From Chiloscyllium plagiosum (Eukaryota), in contig NC_057751.1 of the NCBI RefSeq assembly GCF_004010195.1, positions 18,011,325-18,075,324 of the forward strand: a stretch of DNA of 64,000 nucleotides, given 5' to 3'. A model generated the notes under the pieces. The model was not told where the DNA came from, ran no database searches, and saw only the letters and a list, made by a program, of their open reading frames with translations. The number at the start of each line of letters is the position of its first letter. The first letter of the stretch is position 1. Below are positions 1 through 12,829 of the stretch, in pieces. A program made the position numbers and the translations under genes.

Positions 1-510
1 AGCTGATGCAACATTCAAAGAGATCTTGGCGGATTGCCTGTAACAACACTGCCGTCTTGCTCTATCTCCAATTCAGTTGTTGTTAAACTGTGGAAATTGA
101 ACAATCCTGGTATTGAACTTAAAAATGTGAGTGATGGTAATTACCAGAGGAGTTTGGTAAGAGACATGCCAGAGACAATTCAGCCAAGCACAAGATCTGA
201 ATTTCAATTGAACACTGATAAAGCTGACAGATAGAAATTCGAAGTGCTTCGTGCAGAACAGGGCAGGATCGACAGCTTGTCATGTATTTGCATTTGAATT
301 CAGATCTTACATCGGCCAAGGGAAGGAACGATATTTTCAACAAATTAAGTGCTGCGCACAGTGCAAACCGTCTTTGTGTCATTTCGTTAATAATTGTGAT
401 GATTTTCACGTTGAAAAATAACTTTGGAATCTGAATTTGTTCTAAACCTGCTGGTATGCCAAGGCTGTCCCTCTTTCTGCATTCGAGTCAGATCAGGGTT
501 TTTGTTGGAG

Positions 511-594
511 AGTGTGGTGCTGGATAAGCACAACAGGTCAGGCCGCATCTGAAGAGCAGGAGAATCAACATTTCGGGCATACGCCTTCCTCAGG
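511..594 (-). mobile_element. Short PLE-terminus (hammerhead-bearing) element, degenerate copy
   Basis: Matches the family at 22866/23213/57737. Minus strand reads CTGAGGA-aggcgtatgccc-GAAATGTT-gattctcc. Confidence 0.75.
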
Positions 595-1643
595 GTTGTT
601 GCAGCAATCTGTACAGAACCCACTGCTGAGCTGGGGTTGAGATAATAATATATGAAATATAGGTTTCGATAATATTATCCTAGTTTCAAGACAAAGGCTA
701 AGAGTCACTGATAAATAATCTTTGCACTTCCATCCTCTACACGTTAATCCATGTTAATGGTTTCAGAAAGTATCACGAGCAGACGGTTCTCATTTGAGCA
801 GAAGGAGAATCGCGAGTGATCATTCAGACTTTTCGTTTACATCTTCATGACTTTCATGACGATATTCCCATGTTAGTCTAATCTTTGGTGACTTCATCCA
901 TTACATTACTTCCATCAGCCTCGAATATTGCACAGCTTGGCCTCACACTGGTATGAGCAAAATCACAGCTATCCGATCCCCTAATCACACCCCCTCCCAA
1001 TCATCAAGTCTTCCTATCTGCTCGTTGTCCATTTTCAGACGCCCTGTTGACAATTACGTTGAATTGCACAGGCTGAATCTGTGCAATTGAGAAATATTTC
1101 CCAATGAATGAGGGATGAATGACATGGAGCCCAACAACGGAGAGTAAGGAGTAGGAGATTAAGAGGTAATATGAAGTAAAATGTATTCACCCAGGAAATG
1201 GGAAAAATCTGGAACGTATTACCAGTTAAGGTGGTGACCCAAAAGTCACGAAAAACGAGTTGAGCTTTATTGTGCACTTATGGTGCAAGCATGGAAAAGG
1301 TCATAGCCGAAGGATTGAAAATCAGGTTACTGTAGTCAGGTGTTTGGTTTTGACTGGCACAGCCTGGACGAAATGACATCCCCCAGCAGAAGTGTACTTC
1401 CATACGATTGGGGCGAGTTTGTTTTTCCCCCGCATATATTAGGAGCTAACGGATTACCCACAGTTATAACAGAGGAATACCAAGATAGAGCTCATGGATT
1501 AATCTCACTCAGGTGGGTGGACATTGATGCTCATATTCCCAATTACAATAGACTCCTCACCCGTGCAATGTACTAAACCTGAAGGGAAATGACGGCTGGG
1601 AGGATACCATATAAATGCAGTTCTTTTGCCAGCAAATGTGTTA

Positions 1644-2242
1644 TGTTATGGAGCAGGTCATTCCCCCTCAAAGTATTTTAACAAGGTAGTCCAGACACTA
1701 GCTTATCATTTTTGTTTTCATTTTTTCTATAACTGCACAGTGGATATTGCAGAAGTGACGCAGCAAGTCAACCCACACGCCTTAAAGTACAATAGAATAT
1801 ATTTAAACGCTGCACTTTAACTTTAAAAAAGAAAACGGAATTCTGATAAACTTAACTATTTGAAAACTCAACCGATATGACACCACGACTGAACGAAGCT
1901 GTTGCAATTCTTAAAGCATCCCGTAAAATACCTCTTGGCAAATGGTAAATAAGAACACATGTTTTCCAGGCAGGCGAGGTTTCAGCTAGAAGAGTGAGGC
2001 CTGAAACATCTGTTGAAGCATGGCATCTCTTCTCGTTGGAATACCTTCACTGCGACCAGACATTTTTCTGGCTATCGGTTCAAACTCAACGCAACTACAA
2101 AAATCCTGAGATGGAAGACCAGGCCACCTCTCATTGTTGAAAATAGCTTCCTCCAGATATGTCAGCTCCTCTCTGTTTATGAACCCACTTGAAGAAATCC
2201 GAAGGACGACATAACCTTGTTAAATGTGCAGCATGGTCGCGA
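1644..2242. mobile_element. Solo-LTR-like repeat, family A
   Basis: Begins TGTTATGG and aligns end to end by eye with 45492-46057 (ccctcaaagtattttaacaaggtagt vs ccctcaaaatattttaagaaggtagt; ccttgttaaa vs tcttgttaaa near the end). Confidence 0.55.
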
Positions 2243-2550
2243 TTACCATCATGCAATCCTACTAAATTATTTCAATGTCACACTTACTTAAATGACAGAG
2301 GAAAGTTCTGACTGGTGTTGTCACCAGAACTAACTGATAAACTAAGATCATATGAAAAGGAAAATAATTTTTCCCATTAAGCTGTTTTGGAACACAGCTG
2401 CTTCATAATTTGAAACAATAGATTCTCTGTTACGAAAATGATTTTAATGCAAATTATATTTCGTTAACTGTGTATGTACATTCCATGCAAATTTCTGTTT
2501 AATGTTATGAACACGATTAGGCCGATTCAAGAAATCTACAACAACGTTAA

Positions 2551-2935
2551 ACTGAATTGAATTGAAATGAATTTATTATCACGTGTATCGAGGCACGGTG
2601 AAAAGCTTTGTCTTGCGAGCAATACAGACAGATCACAGAGTTTAGTAGGATAGGTAATAAATACTAGGTAAACGGAAACAAAATGAAAAACACAGGTAAA
2701 GGTGAATGTTAAGAGTTTGTGAGTCCATTCAGCATTCAAACAACAGTAGTGTGGAAACGGTTACGAAACCGGTTCGTGCGTGTGTTCAGGCTTCTGTACC
2801 TTCTCGCAGATGGAAGAATTTATGGGAAAATATTGCCAGGGTGGGATGGATCTTTGAGAATGCAGGCGACCATTTCTTGACATCGGGCCTGGCAGATGGA
2901 TTCTATAGATGGGAGGTTGGCGTTCGTGATTGTTC
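2551..2935 (-). mobile_element. Rex1/Babar-like LINE 3' fragment
   Basis: (TTCAA)n-type tail at 2551-2572 on the minus strand; similar in reverse to the 3' part of 50890-51745. Confidence 0.6.
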
Positions 2936-3114
2936 TCTGATTGTTTCTAAAAATTAGTAGCATATTAAGTAAAGAAACGTATCATCCCCATGATCCATAT
3001 TATCTGTTAGGAATGATGTGGAGGTGCTGGTGTGGAGAAGGTCAGAAGTCACACAACACCAGGTTGCAATCCAACACGTTTAGTTGAAATCACAACCTTT
3101 CTGAAATAAGGGAG

Positions 3115-3350
3115 GCAGAGTATGTGTAGAGACCCGGAGAGACAGTTTGTGAGAAAGGACTGGATGAGACAAATTGGGGAGGCACATTTGGCGAGACACA
3201 CTGGAATAACGAACCGGGATAACAGACTGGGACAGACAAGTTTTGCTGAGAGATGTAGGGGCACAGTCAGAGGCAGACTCAGGGAGACCGATTGTGGGGT
3301 GGGTCTGGGGAGATAAACTGTGGGGTGAGACAGCGGGAATCGGATTTTCG
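3115..3350. repeat. Degenerate GA-rich minisatellite (about 12-13 bp unit, gagacagactgg-like)
   Basis: Recurring gagacag/gagacac/acagactggg motifs. Confidence 0.5.
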
Positions 3351-3904
3351 GGAGGGGGGATTACAGTCTGTGTGATAAACTGAAGGAGGCAGGTATTAAT
3401 TTCCTCAATGCCTTGTTTGAGCTTGATTATAATTATAATGCCATGACAGAGCATTCACCCAATCAGTTTTCAGAAGTCAATGGCCGATGAAATGAAAGAT
3501 TAACATAATGCTTTCCCGTGGTAGGAAACTGCTAAACAGAAGTATGTGACAGTTATAGTCTGCAGCTCTTTCTTGAAATGGGCAGTTGTTAGAATGCACA
3601 GATTTGTAGAATTGCCATTGTGGCTTCTACTAAAACAGCGGGCTTCAACTCCTCCAACTGTGTGTGGATGGATATCGGCCAAGATGGGGAGAAAGATGGT
3701 GAGTCGAACAAACAGCCCTTGAGTCCATCCAACCCAAACTTGCTTTCTGGTACATGGATTCACCTTTGTCATCACTGAACGAAACAAATCAGGGGAAGCT
3801 TCAAGACAATCAATAATATTCTTCCAGGCATAATATTTACAATATAGAAAGAACACAAGAACAACAAAAACTGCCGTACTTACATATCACAGTAGGCCAG
3901 TCAG

Positions 3905-4795
3905 AAGGAATGCCAAACCAGTGTCTGCAGGAAAATAGCACATACAGAAAAAATATTCAGCTACAGAAGCAATCATCCCACACCCACAAACGAAGCTGCA
4001 TTAGGTTATTATTTCAACGAGCCACTGCACACTGCAGCACCAGGGTGCGACGAAGAGCAGAAGAAAACCTTGTATCAAGATGAAGTGTACCAATAAACAC
4101 ACTCGGCTGATCTCCCACAACAATCCCAAACGAGCAAACAAAACACGCCCCGCAACTGTAGCCAATTCGCACTAAATCAAATGCATCTCTGAAGTGATTG
4201 CCAGACTACTCAGACCTCTTGGCTTCATGGTGCCCAAAGTAAGCACCAAGAAATCCAGCAGCCGCTAATAAACTTCTAAGACCTCAGACAGACAACAGGC
4301 AAAACTAATTTCATTTACACGAAGAGCTTACAAGGAGTGTCTCAAACACGACATTGAAAAAGCAGGCCGGGAACTAGCCACCAGGATAAATGAACATCAA
4401 CTGTCCACGAAAGGACATGACCCACTATCACTAGTGTCCTTACATGCAGGCGGAAGGCCACCACTTTGACAGGGACTATACATACATTATATGACAAGCC
4501 AAATAAACCTTTGAAGCATGGCTTTCCAACAGGAACTCAATCAAACAACAGATGGATTTTGACGTCATGTACGATCCTCTGAGAAAAAAAAAACTGGAAA
4601 TGACATCACCAAACTCTCTAAGAAATTTAAGCAAATAGACAGGAAGCAGAACACAACCCCAGCTGTTCACTGGTGATTCACTGATGATGTTCCTCAGTAT
4701 GGTGATGAAACATCTGAAACTGAACTTTCCAGCTCAGCGAGCATACTCATATGCAGAATCTCAAACTGTGTTAAAAATCGTTTCAAACCTCGCCA
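3905..4795 (+). mobile_element. Penelope-like element 3' fragment (RT C-terminus, GIY-YIG endonuclease region, terminal repeat)
   Basis: Frameshifted translation gives SVCRKIAHTEKIFSYRSNHP..HKRSCIRLLFQRATAHCST, ISEVIARLLRPLGFMV and GRELATRINEHQLSTKGHDPLSLVSLH, followed by a hammerhead motif. Confidence 0.85.
4677..4718 (+). ncRNA. Minimal type-I hammerhead ribozyme motif in Penelope terminus (decayed)
   Basis: ttca-CTGATGA(4681-4687)-imperfect stem II-GAAAC(4707-4711)atc-tgaa. Stem I TTCA/TGAA pairs. Confidence 0.7.
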
Positions 4796-6029
4796 AAAAT
4801 TTGGAATGTTTCAATGGGAAGTGACTAATATGATTAAAAACACACCCATTCTCATTGAATACTATTCAAATATCGTTCAGCATAACTCTGGCAAGTCTTA
4901 TTCTCTTTAAAATCGATAGAGTTGATAATAAACCTTAAGTGTAACCTCATTAACCAGGAAAGTGGAGCCCACTGAATGAGTCCAATGACCAGAAGATGTG
5001 ATCCGTTCTCAGAGGCCACAACGCCCGATGTTCCGAATGACAATCACCACAGAGATAACTAAACCAGAAAGAAAAGCACTAAGGGAGTTTTAGCATGTCT
5101 CACTGCAAATGAACTTCTCAGTTACAAATTCAGATTCATTGAATTGCAAGAGTTCATCATAAAAGAATTTGAATCAGTCCATGGAGAATCATTTTAAGAC
5201 CAGGTTCACGGGTTAACACTGACAGCGCCGGAAAAACAGAGAGCAAGAGTGCAATGGAATTAATTAAAGAACACTAAATCTCATAATGAGAACAATTTAA
5301 AATATTGATGTCTGTTATCAGAAAATGGCATGGATTGCTTACTCGGGCATTTCCTCTGTATTTGTCCTTCTCCGTCTCAGAGGTGGGAGTTGCAGAAAAC
5401 GAACTTCTAAGTATTAACAAAAGACAAAGCTGAGGTGAGGAGTTCTTTAATTATAGCTGCTAGTTCATATAATAAAGGGAAGGACAGCATCAAGGTCCCA
5501 ATGGCATGGAATGTACTTCTGAAGAAGTGTGAAACCTCAGTAACAATTATTAAATCTTGGACCTTTTCTCTCCATTTCCATCAACATTCAATCCCACCAG
5601 GACAGTCAAACAATTGGTAGTACCATGTGATTAATGACTCAGTCGCACTGCACCAATATATCAATGCAACTGACAGTCTCCATATCAATTATCACTCCAT
5701 CTTGCCTACATATCATTACTCGCATCCTATTGACCAGTCTTTCTTCACATAATTATAATGCCATGGAAGACGCTCCTCCCCGTACCAAACCTTCCACTCC
5801 ATTGAATCATTGCTCTCATGACTTACTGGTCATCTCAGTGCCCGTTAAATCGCACTCCTAACATTGTCAATGCACTCATGCTACTAGTCAGTTCCGAAGT
5901 CAATCAAAAATGTCACCTCGCACACTGCCATCTCTCCCACTCTGATGGTCATATCTATCAGCACTCTTGCTCATAGCCTGTATGATGTTTCCAAACAGAT
6001 CAGTGCCCACATCCACCATTGGGAGAAAC

Positions 6030-6205
6030 GCAGGTCCACAGGCGCTGGAGATCAGTGCTGAGAGTATGTTGGTGGAAATGCACAGCAGGTCAGGCAGCAT
6101 CCACGAAGCCGGAGAATGGACGTTTTGGGCCGTCGGCCTTCGATTGTCCTGCTTTTCAAAAGCTGCCTGACCTGCTGTGCTTTGCCATCATCACAGTCTC
6201 GACTC
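6030..6205. mobile_element. Fold-back PLE-terminus element, decayed
   Basis: gcacagcaggtcaggcagc (6080) is inverted against gctgcctgacctgctgtgc (6162); ribozyme core lost. Confidence 0.75.
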
Positions 6206-9200
6206 CACATCCACCATTTCCAAGTCCACATTCTAATATACATATATTCTCCTTCAAGATGAAAGTGTACCAATAAACACACTCAGCTGACTTCAAGTGG
6301 ACAGTAATCATCAATGTCATCAGATCAAAATCCCACTCACTTCCCCACTGGCTTGTATTTCTTACCATCATCACTCTGTCATATAATCTGGCCATCAAAC
6401 CAATCCTATTTAGCAGTCACTCTTTCCACCGTCACTGTTACCCACATCCAACCACAAGAATGCATTGGTCTCTCCCACTCCTTTGGACAGTCTCAATGGT
6501 TACAATGACGCTCTATCAGACACGACCATTACTTCAACGCAATTAGCCCGTCACCATGACCACCGCCAGTCTCTTTGCCAACACTCAGTGTTTCCCACAC
6601 GGCTGTTCAGTGTCCATGACCAACTTCACTGTCCACACGTTCTATATCGGCAGTCTCCATATTCACCATCAACTTTCAAAGCACCACACAGTTACTCGCA
6701 TCACATCAGTCATCCTCCCACATCTCTCACCCGTCCTAAATTTACAGCTTTTGCATTCACATTTACTAGCTTCCAGGTCTAACATCACTTTTATCGCACT
6801 CAGCCGCATATGCAGTCCCGTCAATCGGCCTGTGTCCACCTCCATCATAAATGTCTCCGCACCTCCGACATTCCAATCATTCACTTGGCCATTCCCCACA
6901 TCGAACATAACTTTTTCCAGTGTTCTGTCAGTATCAATGAGGTTCCACCTTACACCTCCAACTCCAAAAGTTGAATTCTGCCGCAGACCACTTAACAGAT
7001 CGTCATGTTACAAGCCAGAAACATTCTTCTAATACATTCCATACGCTTTCCAGACCAGCATTTCCCTCCTTCAAATCAGGTTGCAACTCCGATCAAACCG
7101 TACAGAATGCAGTCTGTCCAGATCTTTCTCAAAAGGAAGAACTGCAGGAAAAGTGCTAACTAGGAGTAGACATGGAGGGCGGGAAAATGTCCTGACTGTA
7201 ACAGCTGCTCCTTTTTCGTGGTATTTTCGGTGTTTGATGTGGTTCTGCCGAATTCCAGGAGCAGTAATTTATTTTTTATATATGTTGTTGCATTGTTTTG
7301 GAACGTTGTAGAAAAAAAAAAGTCCAAACAACAACACTTTTAAAAGGTAGAGGAACAGACAAAGGAATTACATGGTGAGGTCATTGCAGGAGAGAAAGGG
7401 GTGGGGGGGAGGGAGAGAGAGAAACCCACATTGCTCACTGACAGAGTAGTGAGCCTGCACATTTAGTGTCTTTGCTGTTTGCTGTTTGCTGGACATCAGA
7501 GTGCATCTGGGATAATTAACAAGCTGTAATTTCAGAATTGATCTTGGAACAACCTGTTTTATAAAAGTTACAGCAGAGAAACAGATAACTGGATATTTTA
7601 AGCGTTGTTTTACAGTAAGTCTGCAGTAGTGAGTCGATTGGGTACTTTCTTGATTATATGTTTTATCGAGATATATGTCTTGATTAAACTGACAATATTC
7701 GCCATAAATATTAATTTAACCTGGAGCAGTGTTTGTAGAGGCATAAGACAGTGCTATTTTCTGGGTCTGTAGATGGAAAGAGCCAAAATTGACCTTCAGT
7801 AGAGTGACATGCACCTCTTGTCGAGTGTAGGCATTTCGGGGAGTTTATGGGTTACTGAGGATTACATCTGCAATAAATGCCATTGGTTGCGAATCCTATC
7901 AGATAGAATGTATTGGTTGGAGAGACTTTTAGAGGCTATGAGGAATTTACAAGAGCAAGGGGATGTGATGGATGGTAGTTATAGGAAGTGGGAAAAGTCG
8001 CAGGTACAGTCACATAGATGGGTTAACTCCAGAAAAGGTAAGAGAGGTAGACATGTAGAGCAGGAATCTTCTGTGGCTATCACAATTTCAAACAAGCATG
8101 CAAGGGAAAGTTGCACGAACAGCCAAGTTTCTGGTATTGAGACTGGATCTTATGCAGTGAGGGGTACGTTGAGGTCCAAGAGATCGATGGTGTTAGGAGA
8201 CTGTCTAGTCCGAAGTACACACAGACATTTCTGTAGCCAGTAATTAGAATGGTGTGTTGCTTCCCTGCTGCCACGATCAAGGATGTATCAGAGAGGGTTC
8301 AGAATGTTCTCAAAGGGGAGAGAGCCAGCCAGAGGTCACTGTACACATTACAACCAAAGACATAGGAAGGGAAAAGTTGGAGATTCTGAAGGGAGATTAC
8401 AGAGAGTTACGCAGGAATTTATTTTTTAAAAGGAGTTCCTCGAGCGAAATAATATCTGGAATACTCCCGGTGCGATGCGCCAGTCAGGGCAGGAATAGGA
8501 GTATAGATCAAATGAGTGCATGGCTGAGGAGCTGGTGTATGGGAGAAGGATTTTAATTTTTGCATCATTGGAAGAAGTTCTTATGGGATAGAAGTGACCT
8601 TTACATGAAGGATGAATTGCACCTGAATTGGAAGAGGACTAAGATATTGGGAGGGAGATTTGCGAGAACTGGTCAGGAGGATTTAACTGAGTAAAGTGGA
8701 GGGGGGGCGGTGTGGGTCTCAGTGAGATAGGAAGGAAAAAGATCAATCTGAGACTGGCACATTTGAGAACAACAGCGAATCGAACAGATAGGGCAGGCAG
8801 GGACAAACCAGAGAAAAAGTGATGACTGATGAATTAAACTGCATTTATTTCAATGCAAGAGGCATAACAGGGAAGGCAGATGAACTCAGGGCATGATTTC
8901 AAACATGTGACTGGGATATCACAGCAAGGATGGACATGATGGGGAGCTTATTGTTCTAGGATACAAATGTTACAAGAAAGACAGAAATCGAGGCTGGAGA
9001 GGAGGGTATGCAGCGTTTTTGATAAGGGATAGCATTACAATTATGCTGAAGGATAATATTCCCGGAAATGCATCTATGGAAGTTACTTGGGTGGAACTGA
9101 GAATTAAGAACGGTATGATCGCCTTATTAGGATTGTATTATCGACCCCCAAACAGTCAGAGGGAAATTGAGAAACAAATTTGTAAGGATATCTCAGCTAT

Positions 9201-9630
9201 CTGTAAGAATAGTAGAGTAGTTTTGGTAGGGATTTTAACTTTCCAAACCCAGACTGGGACTGCCAGAGTGTTCAAGGTTTAGATGGAGAGGAATTTGATA
9301 AATGCATACAAGAAAAAATTCTGATTCAGCATGTGGATGTACCGACTACAGAAAATTCAAACCTTGACCTACTATTGGGAAATAAGGCTGTGCAGCTGAT
9401 TGAAGTGTCAGTGGGTGTGGGGGTGGGGGGGGGGGGGGTTGGGGGGGGGGGGCGTCTGGGTCCAGCAACCAAAATTCTATTAGGTTTAAAACAGTGATGG
9501 AAATAAACTCTAAAAGTTGAAGTTCTAAATTGCAGAAAGACCATTTTTGGTGGAACTGGCACGAACTTTCAAAAGCCGATTGGGATCAGATGATCGCACG
9601 TAAAGGAACGGCTAGAAACTGGGAAGGCTT

Positions 9631-10471
9631 CATAGAGTCATAGAGATGTACAGCATGGAAACAGACCCTTCGGTCCAACCCATCCATGCTGGCCAGATAT
9701 CCCAATGTAATCTCGTCCCAACTGCCAGCATGCGGCCCATATCCCACCAATCTCTTCCTATTAATATACCCATCTAAATGTCTCTTAAATGTTGCATTTG
9801 TACCAGTCTGCCCCACTTCTTCTGCCCGCTCAAGACATACCCGTACCACCCTCTGTATGAAAAAGTTGCCCCTTAGGTTTCTTTTATGTCTTTCCCTCTC
9901 ACACTAAACCTATACCGTCTAGTTCTGGACTCCCTAACCCCAGGGTAAAGACGTTGTCGATTTATGCTATCCATGACCCTCATAATTTTGTAAACCTCTA
10001 TAAGGTCACCCCTCAGCCTCCGACGCTCCAGGAAAAACAGCCTCAGCCTGTTCAGCCTCTCCCTGTAGCTCAAATCCTCCAACCCTGGCAACATTCTTCT
10101 CGATCTTTTCTGAACCTTTTCAAGATTCACAACATCTTTACGATAGGACGGAGACCAGAATTGCATGCAATGTTCAAACAGTGGCCTAACCAATGTCCTG
10201 TACAGCCGCAATAATACCTCCCAACTCGTGTACTCAATACTCTGACCAATAAAAGAACGCCGTCCGAACGCCTTCTTCACTCTCCTATCTACTGCCGGCT
10301 CCAGTTTCGAGGAGCTATGAACCTGCACTCCAAGGTTTATTTGTTCAGCAAGATTCCCTAGGACCTTACCATTAAATGTATAAGTCCAGCTCAGATTTAC
10401 TTTCCCAAAATGCAACACCCTGCGTTTATCTGAAATAAACTCCATTTGCCACTTCTCAGCCAATTGGCCCA
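9631..10471 (-). mobile_element. 5'-truncated CR1 LINE nested antisense in the host CR1
   Basis: ORF 9873-10463 MAEKWQMEF..LYRTLVRPLFEHCMQFWSP..RRRLRGDLIEVYKIM; tail catagagtcatagag at 9631. Confidence 0.93.
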
Positions 10472-11246
10472 GAAATAAGATAACAAGAATCCAGAGAAAG
10501 TATATTCCTGCTTAGTGAAAGAAAAATCAGGGAATGCTGGATGACTGAAAAAATTGAGAATTTGTTTAAGATAAAAAATGAGGTATACGTCAAGTATAGA
10601 CAGGATAGATAAAATAAATCCTCAGAAGAGCACTAAGTCATAAGCAATATACTTAAGAGAGAAATAAGGAGGGTAAAAAGGGGGCATGACATACCTTTGG
10701 CAAATAGAGATAACAAGAATCCAAAGACTTTTTACAAATACATTGAAGATAATAGGGTAACGTGGGAGAGATTAGGGCCACTCAAATATCAGCAGGGTGG
10801 CCTTTGAGTAGAGATGCAGGAGATGGGTGAGATATTGAACGCTGAGATTGCACCAGTATTTACTGTGGAAAAAAGATATGGAAGATATAGAATGGAGGGA
10901 AACAGATGGTGACTTCTTGAAACATGTCCATACTACAAACGAGGACGAGCTAGATGTCTTAAATGCATCAAAATGGGTAAATACCCAGAAGCTGATCAGG
11001 TGTACCGCAGAAAACTACGTGATTGCTGGGTCTCTTACTCAGTCATTTGCATCATTCATCGTCACAGGTGAGGTTCCGGAAGACTGGAGGTTGGCTGACG
11101 TGGTGCCACTGTTTAAGAAAGGTGGTAAAGGCACGCCAGGGAACAATAGAACAATGACCCTGACTTTGGTGGTGATCACGTTGTTGGACAGAATCCTAAG
11201 GGGCAGGATGTACATGCATTTGGTTAAGCAAGGACAGATCAGGGAT

Positions 11247-11330
11247 TCTGGATCAATGGTGCTGGATGAGCACAGCAATTCAGGCAGCATCCTACGAGCA
11301 GCAAAATCGACGTTTCGGGCAAAAGCCCTT
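11247..11330 (-). mobile_element. Short PLE-terminus element inserted into the CR1 RT region
   Basis: ggtgctggatgagcacagcaattcaggcagcatcc..tcgacgtttcgggcaaaagccctt interrupts CR1 between agggat and ggctttgtg. Confidence 0.8.
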
Positions 11331-11499
11331 GGCTTTGTGCTTGGAAAATCATGTCTAACAAACGTGACTGAGTTTTTTGAAGAAGTAACAAAGGATTGAT
11401 GAAGGCAGAGCGGTAGATGTGGCCCATACGGACCTTAGTAAGCCGTTTGACAAGTTTCCCCATGGGAGATTATTTAGCAAGGCTCGATCTCATGGAATA

Positions 11500-11754
11500 C
11501 AGGCGACTGACTGTGTGGAGTTTGCACATTCTCCCCGTGTCTGCGTGGGTTTCCTCCGGGTGCTTCGGTTTCCTCCCACAGTCCAAAGATGTGCAGGGTC
11601 AGGTGAATTGGCCATACTAAATTGCCCGTAGTGTTAGGTAAGGGGTAAATGTAGGGGTATGGGTGGGTTTCGCTTCGGCGGGTCGGTGTGGACTTGTTGG
11701 GCCGAAGGGCCTGTTTCCACACTGTAATGTCATCTAATGTCATCATCTAATCTA
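11500..11754 (+). mobile_element. HE1-type V-SINE, 5'-truncated (tRNA head missing)
   Basis: V-domain ctgtgtggagtttgcacattctccccgtgtctgcgtgggtttcctccgggtg.., 3' gggccgaagggcctgtttccacactgta and tctaatctaa tail. Confidence 0.9.
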
Positions 11755-12829
11755 ACTACCATTTGGATACATAACTGGCTCAAAGGTAGGAGACAAAGGG
11801 TGGCGCTGTAGGGTTTCTTTCAGACGAGATACCTGTGACCAGTGGAGTGCCACAAGGATCAGTGCTGGATCCAATACTTTTCATCATTTATTGAAAAGAT
11901 TTGCATGTGAGCATAAGAGGTATAGTTAGTAAGTTTGCAGATGATACCAAAATTGGAGGTGCAGTCGACAGCGAAGAACGTTCCCTCAGATTGTTCAGAT
12001 AGGTCAATTGGCTGAGAAGTGACAGATGGAGATTAATTTAGATAAATTTGAGGTGATGCATTTTGGGGAAGCAAATTTTAGCATGACTTATACACTTAAT
12101 AGTAAGGTCCTAGGGAGTGTTGCTGAACAAAGAGACCTTTGAGCCCAGGTTCGTATCATCCTGAAAGTGGAGTTGCAGGGAGATAGGCTAGTGAAGAAGG
12201 CGTTTGATATGTTTTCCTTCATTTGTCAGAGTATTGAGTACAGGAGGTAGCAGGTCATGTTGCAGCTGTAGAGGACGTTGCTTAGGACACTTTTGGAATA
12301 TTGTATGCAATTCTGCTTTCGTTCCATTCGAAATGATGTTGTAAAACCTGAAAGGGTTCAGAAAACCTAAACAAGGATGTTGCTAGGTTTGGAGGATTTG
12401 AGCTATCGCCAGAGGTTGAATAGACTATGAATGTTTTCCTGGAGCGTGACTTGAAAGAGGTTTATAAAATCATGAGGGGTATAGATAGGATAAATAGACA
12501 CAGTATTTTCCCTGGGGTGGGAGAGTCCAGAACGAGAGGACATATGTTTAGGGTTAGAGGGGAAAGATTTAGAAGAGAAGTAAGGGACAAAATTTTCACG
12601 CATATACTGATGCGTGCATGAAATAAGCTGCCAGCGGAAGTGGCAGAGGCTTGTAAATTACAGCATTTAACAGGCATCTGGATGGGAATATGAATAGGAA
12701 GGGTTTGGAGGGATATGGGGCTGGTGCTGGCAGGTGGGACTTGATTGGGTTGAGATATCTTGTCGGCATTAACGAAGTGTCTGTTTCCGTGATGTACATC
12801 TCTATGACTCTACGACAGTAAATTGAACA

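Larger units (their letters stand above)
3500..5075 (-). pseudogene. Highly decayed GPR139-like orphan GPCR remnant, split by a Penelope insertion
   Basis: Minus strand near 5050 gives VVIVIRNIGRCGL*ERIT (compare VILSREKCALSKCVT at 41606). Below 3895 it gives STAVFVVLV..WKNII and WVGW..LTIFLPIL (compare TTAVVLEMV..LKNIF and the TM5 region). Confidence 0.45.
7196..12816 (+). mobile_element. Near full-length CR1-clade (HER1-like) LINE, inactivated, with three nested insertions
   Basis: ORF1 zinc-finger/coiled coil (YICNKCHWLRILSDRM..LERLLEAMRNLQ) and SGNH-esterase-like motifs (VLGDCLVR, VTVHITTKDIG). ORF2 endonuclease LNCIYFNARG near 8835 and LGLYYRPPNS. RT PEDWRLADVVPLFKKG and SKFADDTKIG. (CTCTATGA)n tail near 12800. 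Confidence 0.92.

Noticed and set aside
119..409. 96-aa minus ORF as another GPCR remnant
   Set aside because: No convincing family motif in any frame.
6556..7032. 158-aa ORF
   Set aside because: Arises from low-complexity C-rich sequence; no recognisable domain.
9326..9562. Proline-rich ORF PPPPTPPPPTPTPT
   Set aside because: Antisense reading of an expanded G-run (9411-9452) inside a CR1.
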